From assembly GCF_006345805.1 (NCBI RefSeq), contig NC_043004.1:12896001-12960000 (forward strand): a stretch of 64,000 nt of DNA, given 5' to 3'. The DNA is from Octopus sinensis. Its lineage: Eukaryota. Made by a program: the position numbers and the translations under genes. Under the pieces are notes generated by a model. That model was given only the letters and a program-made list of their open reading frames with translations. It ran no database searches and was not told the DNA's origin. Below are positions 26,213 through 39,282 of this stretch, piece after piece (position 1 is the stretch's first letter; each line of letters begins with the position of its first letter).

Positions 26213-26685
26213 ATTATTACTAATATTGTTGTTATACATACAACAGCATATTGTAATGATAATAATGGGTGGATGTAACCACATGAACAAAATTAGAACA
26301 AAGAGCAACAACAACAAAAAGAAAGAAACAAATTACAAGAATGTATATAACCAGAAGATACAAATATTACAGGCATCCCCCCCCACACACACACTAAATA
26401 AACATAGACGCACATAGAGATATAAACATGCGCAAATGAGACATACAATAGAAATATAAAATGGCTGACGATAGTAAGGAGAGACACAAGTAAGTGAGAA
26501 GAAAACAAAGGACACTGATGCGGTCACAGGAGTGTGACGAAAGAACTTTGGCCGAAATAAGATTAAGATTAATGTAAAAAAAATAAATATCACTGAAGCA
26601 AAATAACACCAAATATATAGTGCGTGTGTTTTTATTGGCTAAACTGGCATATGACCATTCCGAAATATAACAATATCTGTTTCAA
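26213..26685 (+). repeat. Inverted pseudo-LTR of the PLE, containing a hammerhead-like motif (26510-26553)
   Basis: Reverse complement of ~22081-22540. Confidence 0.9.
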
Positions 26686-26734
26686 CACACGACACGACTT
26701 CATAAAAAATCTTGCACAACAAATATTTAAACGT

Positions 26735-26819
<85 letters not shown>

Positions 26820-26873
26820 CAATTATATATATATATATATAATATATATATATATATATTAATATATATATAG

Positions 26874-26911
<38 letters not shown>

Positions 26912-27024
26912 TATATATATTATATATATATATATATGAAGTGTTGCTTTGGTGTAATGAGTAGCACCTCTGTCTTACTTACAGAAGATGTGGATTCTGT
27001 ACCATGACAGCGTCCCTCTGTTAT

Positions 27025-27240
27025 GTGAAGGAGCGTGGCCCAGCGATTTTAGCGTCGGGTTCACTATCATGAGATAGTAAGTTCGATTTCCAGGTCGGGC
27101 TGTAATTTTTTTTTAGTAAAACACTTTATTTCACGTAATTCCAGTTCACTTCGCTGTAGAAATGTGTTGTGACGTCATTAGTTCCAAGCTATATCGGTCT
27201 TTGCCTCTTCCTAGGATAATATCAGTGGTATACATGTACG
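27025..27240 (+). mobile_element. tRNA-derived SINE, family C, degenerate
   Basis: GAAGGAGCGTGGCCCAGCG ... GTTCGATT ... ACACTTTATTTCACG..TTCCAGTTCAC; homologous to 42970-43290. Confidence 0.65.
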
Positions 27241-27879
27241 TATTGCATTTTGTTTTATTTTTACGTCAATTTATATATAAAAGCAATTAAAATTAAACTA
27301 AAGGGTCATGCAATACTTTTTGGTAGAAAATTTACAAATTAAGTTTTAGAAGGAAGAAGTTGGCCGCGACGGCAAACTCTATTTGTTCATCAAAGTCTGA
27401 CGAAATCGAGCAAGCCCAAACTTAGAAGTCTGTGAATTTTCTCTTTTTAAAAGTTAGTGTGTGTGTGTGTGCGCGTGTGTCTATATGTGTGTATGTTTGT
27501 ATATAACCATATATATTCATGTGATTATATCTGTGTGAAAAATGCTTACAACGAAATTGGAGACTTATTGTAGGAGTATTTTACGTAGGAAACCTCTCCA
27601 CAGGTCAAAGTATCTTCTGTCAATTTATACGCTGAGTTCAGCGCCTACAATGTTTAGTCATTCAAAGTGTTCTACGAAACGCATAACAAACTTCCAAACG
27701 CATAAAGTCGTACAAATACATACATACACCCACGGACCTCACCAGACATATATATATATTATATATTCATACAAATTACGTGTTAGTACTTCAACAAGTG
27801 GAAAATCTCTCGATCAGCTAAAATGATCTTATAATGACCGTTATCTGGTCTATTTTGTTTTCAGCTTGGTAAAAAGCGG

Positions 27880-28200
27880 AATAAATTATTATTTCGGCCT
27901 ACATTTCTTTTCTTCTATTTCTCTGAGCATTTCTGCTGATTCTTCAATACTCCAGGATCTGAATACAATATCACCAGCGAATTTGAGATGATTTAGCATG
28001 TACCCGTTTATACTTGATCATATATCTGATCAATATAATTTTTATATACCTTTTCTAATACAGGTGTGAATGATTTAGGTGATATAGTGTCTCCTTATCT
28101 GATTCCATTACCAATTTTGCCATCAAACACTTTGCTGTTTATGGTTGTTCTAATTTTATACATTCTCTAATAACTTCACGAAGTTTCCTTTGATTCCTTT
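27880..28200 (-). mobile_element. RTE-type reverse transcriptase relic
   Basis: GDTISPKSFTPVLE and LNHLKFAGDIV (degenerate QGD.ISP and LRFADD). Confidence 0.7.
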
Positions 28201-28204
28201 AGGT

Positions 28205-28495
28205 GAATTGAATTACTTGTCCATGAGTCTAAACTGAAGGGTCTTCAACTACCTGCCATTTCGCTGGACAGATTTCTTCAAGTAATACCGGACGAGCCAC
28301 GGAGTCTGGACAGATTTCTTCAAGGAAAACCGGATAAGCCACCCATAGCTGGATACAACTCACTCAACAAGAACTCACCACTTGAATGGACCATAAACAA
28401 AACTTGACTTAAACAGGATTTAGATAATCCTATCAGATGGTGCTACTAAGTTAGAGATGGCCTGGACCAATCTTTGGTCGAAACATATCTAAGTT
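28205..28495 (+). mobile_element. CR1/L2-group LINE, 3' end, with short internal duplication
   Basis: LDRFLQVIPDEP, repeated as LDRFLQGKPDKP; 3' stem-loop GACCAA-tct-TTGGTC-GAAAC. Confidence 0.6.
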
Positions 28496-29204
28496 TTATT
28501 TTAGTTCGCCAAAAAGATGGATTGCCAACAAGAACATTGAAAATAAAAATTTAGAGCAACACAAAGAATCATGAAAAGGGGATGTTCAAGATTAACAAAA
28601 CGGGTAAGTGGAGGAAGATTCAGATTTAGAAGGTACTAGTCAATGCACATATGTAGAAAGGGGTTTATACTGGATGGGATAGGAAAAGAAAATAGGAATA
28701 AGTTACCGTTATATATAATCATCTTTTATGAGATTGAAATTAAACTTTTCTTTTTTAAAAACATACGAAAGGATCGTTCGTTCGGAAAATGCTATTCGAT
28801 GAAACTTTGGTATTATTGAAAGAGGAACGTAAAATTTCGTTTTTATTGTTCGTATTATTTCGTTGGGCAATAAATTTCAGTATGACACAAAACGAATAGA
28901 AGTCTAATATAACTATATATAATATTATTTTTCCTATAATCTATTCTTGTCATTGCTTTCTTTTGTCATCTCCATTTCATATTTTTGCAAAAATTTGTCA
29001 CTGTGTCCTATTGTCTTGATAAAATACATTTTTCAGTCGTTCCAAATCGCTTCAGTCACTGTCTTGTAAGTTAGTAGGTGGTATTCTATATTCTTTTTTA
29101 TTTTAAATATTGTCGTCTTTACATTTGCAAGAGGATAGGATATGTTAAACGAGAACTTATAACGTATGAAGTTATAGCTTCTAAATTATATATGCCTGAA
29201 GGCG

Positions 29205-29361
29205 CAGGCGTAGCTGTGTGGTAAGGAGCATGCTTTCCAACCACATGGTTCCTGGTTCAGTTCCACTACGTGGCACCTTGGCCAACTGTCTTCTACTATA
29301 GCTTCAGGCCGATGAAAGCCTTGTGAGTGGATTTGGTAGACGGAAACTGAAAGACGTCGTC

Positions 29362-29365
<4 letters not shown>
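29205..29365 (+). mobile_element. SINE family A, head
   Basis: Matches the family A head; followed by (TA)n. Confidence 0.8.
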
Positions 29366-29404
<39 letters not shown>

Positions 29405-30171
29405 AATATATATATATATATAATATATATATATATTTATATATATATATACATATATATATTTGCATACCTACATATATATGTATATATACATGCATAT
29501 ATGGGTACAGTACATAAAAAAATGGTGAACACAATGAGAAACGGAAACATAAAAGCAAACACATAGAAACGGACTTTTTTTCGGACAACGAAAAAAACAA
29601 ACAGAGAAACGAGACATTACAACATAAAGTATATTCCTCTTTTTCAGTTGTCCCTGTTTCATCTTCTCCACGTCTCGAAGGCAAGGACAAGACGCGACTT
29701 CAATGAAACAGTCCTTCCCGCAAAGCAAACTGAATATAATTTGGGATATTTTGTGGAGGTTGACAGTGGTAACAAGAACAGGACAGTGAGAACAAACCAG
29801 TAAAAATAATAAAAAAAGTACAAACAGTAAAAGAACAATGAGAAAAAAAACAGTAAAACAAATGATGAGGGCTGTTAAGCCAAGACGATAGAAAAATTAT
29901 TCTGAACGTTTAGGAAGACGAGCTTATGAAGAATAAGCACGTTTAGGCTTTTTGAGAAGGTATTAGTCAGAAGATAGATTTCTGGTTTTCTCTCTCACCC
30001 TTCCCTATTCTTCTCCTCTCCCCTTCACCGTTCCCTCTCCCTCACGCCTCCTCCTCGACGCTCTCGTCGCTGACACCTGACGAGAGGGAAACTATATATA
30101 TTATTTTCCAACCTCAAATTGCGTTTAATTTTCTTCAGCTCGTTGCATATTAATTGAATCTCTTGTTCTAG

Positions 30172-30232
30172 GTTTACGGCACCACTAAAATCCTCAATTT
30201 TCGGAAACACTTGTATAATATTTGTATATGAG
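30172..30232 (+). CDS. Candidate 61-nt exon: (x)FTAPLKSSIFGNTCIIFVYE
   Basis: Acceptor tctcttgttctAG, strong donor GAG|GTAAGA, one open frame. Confidence 0.25.
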
Positions 30233-31394
30233 GTAAGAGCGGCTGCTTTTATAACTGGGAGCATACCATTATAAACAGAAACAGCCATAAGTCAATTCCT
30301 TGTGGGACTCCACTCAGGTCAGTGTTTTTTTTTTTTTAAAGAAAGAAGACCACCAGCTGCTACCTTCTGATTTCTGTCTCTTAAATAGTCCTGCTATCAC
30401 TTCATAATTCCCCAACAACACCAAAATTAGCTGGTCTGCGACCCGCCATCTGCTGTCTGATTTTATCGAAGGTCTTTCAAAAGACGTACGTCTGATTTTC
30501 GTTGATTAGTTATTTCAACACTCAGTCGTTGTTCTATCAGCGATCTGAATAGAAGCTTCTTCGTGGGCAAATGACATAGACCATGTTATATAGCAAGACA
30601 CTTGCCTCTTATAATTCGTCCCGTAATTTTGCTCATCTAAGCAAATTCTGCTCTGCTTCATCCATTATGAATAGAATATACTATGGCTACGTTTTCCCAC
30701 TTGATAGGACGCTTTAAAAATGTATCTGGATTTAACCAATTCATATTTCCATGTTTTCAAGACGACTGCTGAGAATCCATTGGGACATATTGCTGAATTT
30801 AACACTTTTTATCTAAGAGTGATATAAAATGTTGCTATGAAATCCTATCTCTTCAGATTCACAAAAGTAAGCTGATCCGCGTAATTTCCGAGAATAAGCT
30901 TTGAATCGATTCAGATGATAATCTTGTGATAAGAAATTAACCCTTTAAGCAAATATCAATTCCTCTTGGGTAGGAAGTGATGACATTATCGCAGATTGTA
31001 TATTGTTAAAAACCATTTATTCCCCTTCCAGGGGATTTACCATCACAGATACTTTTGATAAAAAAAAGTACCCGCTATTTTGTTTTGTCAATCAATGATA
31101 TCCAGGAGAGTACCATTGAGATCGACTTGGCTTCTCATCCTTTCAGGGTCGAAAAAACAAGTACCAGTTGAATATTGGAGTCGATATAATCGACTAGCCT
31201 CCTCCACCATCATCCACGAACTTATTAGCCTAAGGCGAAAATTTGAAATCAATAATATTCAGGAGATATCTTGTATTTATTGTAGCATCATAGTCGAACC
31301 TCTGTCATATCTGGGTTATAAAACGTAGAACTTCATGGCTATTAAGTAGTAAACTAGCAACGCCGTTGTCGTGTCGTTATTAGTTTGCTCTTTA

Positions 31395-31621
31395 CTCTTT
31401 TACTCTTTTTACTTGTTTCAGTCATTTGAATGTGGCCATGCTGAAGCACCGCCTTAGCCGAGCAAATCGACCCCAGGACTTATTCTTTGGAAGCATGTTA
31501 CTTATCATATCGGTCTCTTTTGCCGAACCTCTAAGTTACGGGAACGTAAACACACCAGCATCGCTTGTCAAGCGATGTTCGGGGGACAAACACAGACACA
31601 CAAACATATACACACACATAC

Positions 31622-31705
<84 letters not shown>

Positions 31706-31870
31706 TACGACGGGCTTCTTTCAGTTTCCCTCTACCAAATCCACTCACAAGGCTTTGGTCGGCCCGATGTTATAGTAAAAGACACTTGTCCAAGGTGCGA
31801 CGCAGTGGGACTGAACCCTGAACCATGTGGTTGGTAAGCAAGCTACTTACTACACAGTCACTCCTAAGCC
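31395..31870 (-). mobile_element. SINE family A, full length
   Basis: Head, (TA)n and tail, as in the 511-966 copy. Confidence 0.85.
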
Positions 31871-32525
31871 TATGGAAATAAAGCCTGAAATACATAAGAT
31901 CCTTTATATTTACAAAGTTTGTTTCTTCAACTCAGTATTCAATCTCTGCCATCGACGTTACAGCTACTTTAAATAGTTTTAATCGGCTTGTAAAATACAC
32001 GCAACCATACAACAATGTTGACATAACAATACATCATAAAATGTTGGCTCGATTATCAATGATAAAACTCATTTACAGAATTGCTACAATGCCGATGATG
32101 CGATGTATATTATTACAGTACCAATCCCGTTTTGTTTTCGGTTATTGTTTTTATCTTTTGTCTTGCTCTTAATTGCACTCTGCAGTTACTCTGATTTGCA
32201 TATTGTTGGTTTCAATAAAAGGAAATCCGCATCAGGTTTACTTCTGATGGATGAGACTAACAATCCAGAAATGTTATCCTCCCGTTAAGATGTGGTTGAT
32301 GTTATGCATGCCGTTAGTCTTCTGCAATCATCTTATGTCCCAAACTGTTCCAGCTTTCACCATTATGCCTTTCATATCAAATGCGATGTTAATCAAAGTG
32401 TCCCTTTTCACAGCGGTAGGCTGTGATGTTGGAATAGATTTGCTACCATATTGAATAGGTTCAGCGTTCGTGCAGAGACTCCATTATTTGCTTGTCATTT
32501 CGAAGTGCTTATTGTAAATAAGGAG

Positions 32526-32870
32526 ACATTCTTCTTCTTCTTCTTCTTCTTCTTCTTCTTCTTCGTCTTCTTCTTCTTCTTCTTCTTCTTCGTCTTCTTC
32601 TTCTTCTTCTTCTTTTTTTATCTTCTTCTTCTTCTTCTTCTTCTTCTTCTTCTTCTTCTCTTCTTCTTCTTCTTCTTCTTCTTCTTCTTCTTCTTCTTCT
32701 CCTCCTCCTCCTCCTCCTCCTTCCCCTCCTCCACCTCCTCCTCCTTCTTCTTACAGCTTTCGCTCTGTATAGGGCATAGGGCATTGACAACATTTCTTCA
32801 CTGTTCCAGACTTTGGGTTGTCTTTTCTGCTTCTTTAACCTTCCAGATTTTGTTGGTTTTGAATTGTCAT
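32526..32870 (-). mobile_element. RTE-like LINE extreme 3' end with expanded (GAA)n tail
   Basis: Minus strand ends ...RNVVNALCPIQSES, followed by ~220 bp of (GAA)/(GGA) repeats. Confidence 0.55.
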
Positions 32871-33245
32871 CGATATAGGTGGTAAGAAACTGCCTTGCCT
32901 ACCACATGGCTCTGTATTCAGACCCAACACGTGACCCCTTGGGCAAGTGTCATCTACAACAGCATCAGGCAGACCAACGTCTTGTGATTAGATTTGGTAG
33001 ACTGAAGCTGAAAGAATTCCATCGTATATATGAGTGTGTGCGTGGGTGTATGTCCTTGCGTCTGTGTTTATCCCCCACCACCGCATGACAACCGGAATTG
33101 GCGTGTTTATGTCGCCGTAATTTAGCGGTTACGCAAAAGAGATCTGACAGACTAAGTTCTAGACGTAAAGAAATAAGTCCAGGGGCCAATTTTTTCGTCT
33201 AAAAACCCTCAGCATATCCGCAGTCAAAGTGACTGAAACGAGTAA
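32868..33245 (+). mobile_element. SINE family A, degenerate
   Basis: Head and tail are both recognisable. Confidence 0.7.
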
Positions 33246-33570
33246 AAGTTTGAAAATGTCACTGTAACTGGGCCTTTTTTTTTCTCGAGTTAGAGGTGTT
33301 GGTCCTATGCAAACCCATTCTTACCTATGGGAAGAGGTGGTCCATGTTAGTCAGGCCTTTATCCTTTGAATTTTCCAGCACTGGAGGACGTAATAGAAGA
33401 CTGAACTCCTCTCACTTAGCTTTCAGGAGCACTGAGGGACATAAGCCACTAAACTGCAAAAAGGAGTGGATCTAATGGCGGGAGGACAGATTTAAATAAA
33501 CTTAAATTTTTCAAATAATATTCCCATTAATGTCCTTGGTGTGTGTGTGTGTGTGTGTGGTGTGTGGTGT

Positions 33571-33621
<51 letters not shown>

Positions 33622-33714
33622 TCTGCCTGTACTATGTAGACGACATTCTATAGTTTGATGTATGCTTCTTTTATTTGTTTACTTATTTTGTTGTTGGCGT
33701 TTCATAAGTTATCT

Positions 33715-33728
33715 CAGTAGTAGTAGTG

Positions 33729-33783
<55 letters not shown>

Positions 33784-34050
33784 CAGCAGCAACAGTGGCA
33801 ACAGCAGCAGCTGTGGTGGTAGCTGTAGTAGCAACAGCAACAGTAGTGGTAGCAGCAGCAATAGTAGTAATAGTAGTAGTAGTAGTAGCAGCAACAACAA
33901 CAGCAGCTGTGGTGTAGCAGTAGTAGCAGCAGCAGCAGCAATAGTTGTAGCAGTAGCAATAGCAGTAGTAATAGCAGCAGCAGCAACAGCAACAGCAGCA
34001 GCTGTGGTGGTAGCAGTAGTAGCATCAGCAACAGTAGTGGTTGCAGCAGC

Positions 34051-34088
<38 letters not shown>

Positions 34089-34107
34089 AAGTAGTAGTAG
34101 TAGTAAC

Positions 34108-34165
<58 letters not shown>

Positions 34166-34191
34166 CAAGCAGCAGCAACAGCAGCAGCAGC

Positions 34192-34240
<49 letters not shown>
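33715..34240. repeat. Compound (AGT)n/(AGC)n/(AAC)n trinucleotide tract
   Basis: Direct reading; source of the poly-V/L/S ORFs in the track. Confidence 0.95.
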
Positions 34241-34677
34241 TGTTTAACTGTACATGTTATGTACTTATTTCATTGTCTGTTTCTCTGACGGTAAGAATAT
34301 ATATCTTCTCTATTTGGAAAGAAGACACAGGCCAGCACGTGAGTGCGCATGTATTGTGCGTCAGAGTTTCTCCGCATTCAATCATAATAGTTTGCTTAAC
34401 AGTAGTATGTTGACAGTAAGATCCACGTGTGGTTATAAATACAAGTTAAGATTATTTCTCTTCACAACAGGAATCGTTCGTTACTAAGAAAAATTGTTCG
34501 AATGATTTCTAAATAGGAAAAGAAAAGAAAAGAAAAAAAAAATAAAGAAAAAAATCGTATTATTAATGATAAACTGAGAGAAAAACAAAAAAAAAAAAAC
34601 TAGACTCTAACATAAAAGGAAATCAATATTGGTTATCAATATTGAAATCATCATCATCACCATCATCATTATTATTA

Positions 34678-34726
<49 letters not shown>

Positions 34727-36589
34727 GGTTGTGTTTATAATTGTGGATGTTAGTATTGTTGTTTCCGTTGGTTATATTTTGTCCTCTCGATTTTTTTTCT
34801 TTATTTTTCTTTTTCTGTATTTGTCGTTGTTGTCCTTTTCGTCTCCTGATTATTTTCTTCTGCCAACAGCAATTTACCAAAAACAACAACAACAACAACA
34901 ACAACAACAGCAAGAACAAGAAAGTAGTAATAGTAGTAGTGGTGGTAGCGTAATGATTAGAAAATACGAAATAAGAAAACGAGAGGAAAGTAGAAAAAAG
35001 AAAGCTTTTACAGTTGTAAATGGATGTTTGATGTAATATGGCGTTTTTGTTTAATTAGCGTGACTAAAGTGAAATACGGCATATCGGTGTTAATAGCGTG
35101 TGTATTAGTTTTCTCTGAGAGGAGAAGTAAACGTAGAGAAAGAAGAAAAAAATATGCGTCCTGTATTTTGAAGTGGTCTGCTGAGGTGTGTCTTTACACA
35201 TCTTTAATTAGCAAACAATGCACTTCATGTTCGACCACCAAGTGACCCCTTATGTTAAACTGTATAAAAATAGCCGGGAATAACAAAGAAATAACATATA
35301 GTTAATAAAAACAAAGCAACAACATAAAACTAACATGTATTTGAGAAAATAGAATATGTACTAACAACAGCGATAAAATTAACATAAATCAATATCGATT
35401 CGAACCGGTATAGATTTCATATAATGCTATAAACATGGAAAAAAATCACCAAGGCAGGGAAGTAGAGATATATAGAATAAAACAAACAATGAACAACGAA
35501 GAAAGAGTGATAATAGGTGAAATACATCAATGGAAATCGTTTGTCAAGGCTGTAATATGAAATTATAGATACGCGTAAATGTTGTGTAGTGAATCGATAT
35601 ATATTTGCCCCTAGCGACTATCGTAAATGGACTGCTTTATTTTGGTGCTCAGTTATGAGGTCCTGTACGTAACTGATACAATTACACTGTGTGTTAAGTG
35701 GTCACTTCGACGTCGAAGACAATCGCATGTGAAACTACGGCCATTAAAATCGCTAAGTATAGCTACATATTTTTGTTTTACTTGTTTCCCTCATTAGACT
35801 GCCGCCATGTTGGGGCACCACGTGCACGAATTTTAGTCGAACGAATGAACCCCCAGAGCTTATTTTGCTAAGCCAGATATTTATTCTATCTTCTTTTACC
35901 AAACCGCTAAATTTACGGGGACATAAACACACCAACACAGCTGATAAATACCAGATCTACCTGCTGCAAAACAACATAGCAACTAATTTAGCTTTCTTCA
36001 GTTAATGCAACTTTCTTATTTCAAGACTGTAGTATCAAATCTATATCATTAATTTATTCTTATCATTTCTAAAATAATATTAACATAATTTTCATTACTG
36101 ACCTTAGAAGTGGTGCTATATGACATGCTAGTACTACGAATTACATATATAACCAAATTTACGATTTCACTTTTAAGGTTCTGTTACGAGAGTATGAACC
36201 AAATACAAAATAAGTAAATTTAACGAATTTAATCGATGGTTCTTTTTTCTGGAATGTACAACAAGGGACTTGGTAGTTCGTAACCGTGTCCTTAACTATC
36301 ATATATTCTTGATTCCAAAGAGACGCATTCTTCAATATATTTTCGTTGTTGCAAAAAAGATTTATTGCAAATCTCACCCTACTATATAACAGCACTTCTG
36401 ATGATATATTTGCATTATATACACAACAGATTGTAATAATTCTGAGTGTTTTAGCAATTCATTAACGCAGAGACACATGTGTTTCATCCATCATTAAAGG
36501 TTAAAATACAGATGTCTGCAGGCCAACCGTGAAATATCTGGCCTTTTTTTTTTTACTAAATTTGAAACCAATATAAAAATGGTGGTCCG

Positions 36590-36780
36590 AGAGAATCGTT
36601 TAGTGGCATGTCTTTCGGCTCTTTGCATTCTGAGTTCAAATTCCGCCGAGGTCACTTTTGCTTTTTCATCCTATCGGAGTCGATGAAATAAGTACCGGTT
36701 AAAAACTGGGGTCGAAGTAACCGACTAATCATCTCCCCACACCAGACTGCTGGCCTTGTGCCAAAATTAGACGGGATTAT
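36590..36780 (+). mobile_element. SINE family B
   Basis: GAGTTCAAATTCCGCCGAGGTC ... GGGGTCGA core. Confidence 0.75.
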
Positions 36781-37136
36781 TTTCTTTGTGGTCCTCACAT
36801 TGGAATTTGTAACCGTCTGAAAGAAGTATATGCTTCACTTAAGCTTATATGTATCTATAAATGCATTAAGAGTGATGTCCTTAGTAAAGGTAGCTCAACT
36901 AAGTGCGAAGTTCTCCAAGGCAGAATAGCATTTTCTACTTTCATAATGCAAACTAAATATACATGTATTCTTAGCAGCCAAACAATCTTAACGCAAGAAT
37001 ATGCGACGTATTACTGATTATATTGCAGCGAAGAAGAAGAAAAAAACAACAACAAAAAAAGAAACGTAATTGCGAAACACTTAAACAAGCTCTTCAGACT
37101 CTATAACTAATGATGCTTCTTCAGAATATTATTTGC

Positions 37137-37182
<46 letters not shown>

Positions 37183-37322
37183 TTTAATAACAATAATAAT
37201 AATAATGATGATGATGATGGTAAAAAGTATAATAATGATGATCATCATGCTCATGATCATATATGAAGGTAATGACGAAGATAATAATAGTAATAGGAAT
37301 AATAATAATAATAATAATAATG

Positions 37323-37364
<42 letters not shown>

Positions 37365-38172
37365 TAATAATAATAATAATAAATAACTAAAAAAATAAAT
37401 AACTAAATAAATGAACAAAATAAATATATTTAAATATTCGTATATTTGAAATGCTGAAAACATATTAGACATAACAAACAAACATAGCCAGAAGCAGTTT
37501 CTTTTTACGGAGTGGGGGGGGTATTCGTTATTGGTTTCAAAGATAACTACCTATTTCGATCATAAGTACAGACTTGATATAAAAACTAATACACACACGC
37601 ACACACACACACATATATATCGTTATTTTTAGAATTATGGATATTATGTAAACTGAAGACAGCGAAGAAAAAAGTATGCAATCGAATATACGATGTGTGT
37701 ATATGTTGTGCTTGCGTGCGTTTGTGTCAAAACCTAAAATTGCGTAACTGCGAGGGGGAAGGCGTTATTTCTCTAATATTAGGCAGCATTTGATTTGAAT
37801 ACGGAAATGTCTTAGCCTTGTGTTCCTTGGTCACACATATCACACACAGATATACATATATCATAAAACATATATTGGCTTCCATACAGTCATATTAACA
37901 CACACGCACAAACATAAGCATATTCAGCGCGCGCGCACAGAAGGTCGATGACTTCGAAGATTCTGCCTTGTCGCAACGTGAGTTTACCTGAGGAAAGTAA
38001 CTAAGCGAAAATTTCGAATTCACGGTCAACGTTTTCTATGTGAAATTAAAGATGATGCGTAGTTGCATACAAGATAGTCGAACATTAAACTAATTACCAC
38101 ATAATGTATATATGTGTGTATATATATATACATATATATATGTATATATATATATATATTATATATATATAT

Positions 38173-38208
<36 letters not shown>

Positions 38209-38700
38209 CATAAATAAGGGCAAACGAAAAAATTTCTAATGCCAAATATGCCGAAAAATTGGACATATTGTCCATTAACCATATAATTTTTTCACAATAC
38301 GCACGCTACTCGAAAAAAGGTCGACAGAAATTTCTAAAAAATTCCATTATTACCATATCGGACCGATTTCAGGGTTAGCTTATAACAGCCCTCTCTTCGT
38401 CAGTGATATATATATATATATATGTATGTATATGTTTCTGTGTCTCTGTCTCACCACCATCGCTTGACAATAGATGTTAGTGCGTTTACATCCCCGTGAC
38501 ATAGCGGTTCAGCACAAAGTACCGATAGAATAAGTAGTAGGCTTACAAAGAATAAGAACTGGAGCTTAGTCGCACTCAAATGACTGAAACAAATAAAAGA
38601 ATATAAGAATATTATAATTCCTCTGAGTGTGAGCGAAATATGAATAAGTATATGACTATATTATTGGTATAGGAGCCGTTGTAATATATAAAACGTATAT

Positions 38701-39270
38701 CAAGGCGGCGAGCTGGCAGAATCGTTAGCACGCCGGGCGAAATGCGTAGCCGTATTTCGTCTGCCGTTACGTTCTGAGTTCAAATTCCGCCGAGGTCGAC
38801 TTTGCCCTTCATCCTTTCGGAGTCGATTAAATAAGTACCTGTTACGCACTGGGGTCGATATAATCGACTTAATCCGTTTGTCTGTCCTTGTTTGTCCTCT
38901 CTGTGTTTAGCCCCTTGTGGGTAGTAAAGAAATAGGTATTTAGTCTGCCGTTACGTTCTGAGTTCAAATTCTGTCGAAGTCAACTTTGCCTTTCATCCTT
39001 TCGTGGTCGATAAATTAAGTACCAGATGCGTACTGTTGTCCATCTAATCGACTGGCCCCTCCTCCAAAATTTCAGGCCTTGTGCCTAGAGTAGAAAAGGT
39101 TATTTTGTCTGTCTTTACGTTCTGAGTTCAAATTCCGCCGAGGTCAACTTTGAGTTTCATACTTTCGGGGTCGATAAATTAAGCACCAGTTGCGTACTGG
39201 CGTCGATCAAATTGACTTTTCCTCTCCCCCCAAATTTCGGGCCTTGTGCCTAGAGAAGAAAAGAATATAT
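38701..39270 (+). mobile_element. SINE family B multimer (full monomer + two 5'-truncated monomers)
   Basis: GGCGGCGAGCTGGCAGAATCGTTAGC head (A-box-like TGGCAGAATCG, B-box GAGTTCAAATTCC); the core repeats three times. Confidence 0.85.
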
Positions 39271-39282
39271 AAAACGTATATT

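Larger units (their letters stand above)
22081..26685 (-). mobile_element. Near-complete Penelope-like retroelement (GIY-YIG type, Cys-rich linker; Neptune/Naiad-like) with 3' direct and 5' inverted pseudo-LTR
   Basis: RT motifs SMDVVSLYPSID, QDEGAAIGVSIAGDVANLFM, YSRYVDD; TDKSGR; YGLRKDHK...PPTRPVCGA; Cys-rich linker; endonuclease VYSIRC ... YVGETARSIGERVNEH. pLTR at 22081-22640 (minus) and 26213-26685 (plus). Confidence 0.92.

Noticed and set aside
30025-30288. 87-aa minus-strand ORF (MAVSVYNG...) as a gene
   Set aside because: No recognisable domain, weak splice signals, and it runs into a purine-rich low-complexity tract; the plus strand has better exon signals.
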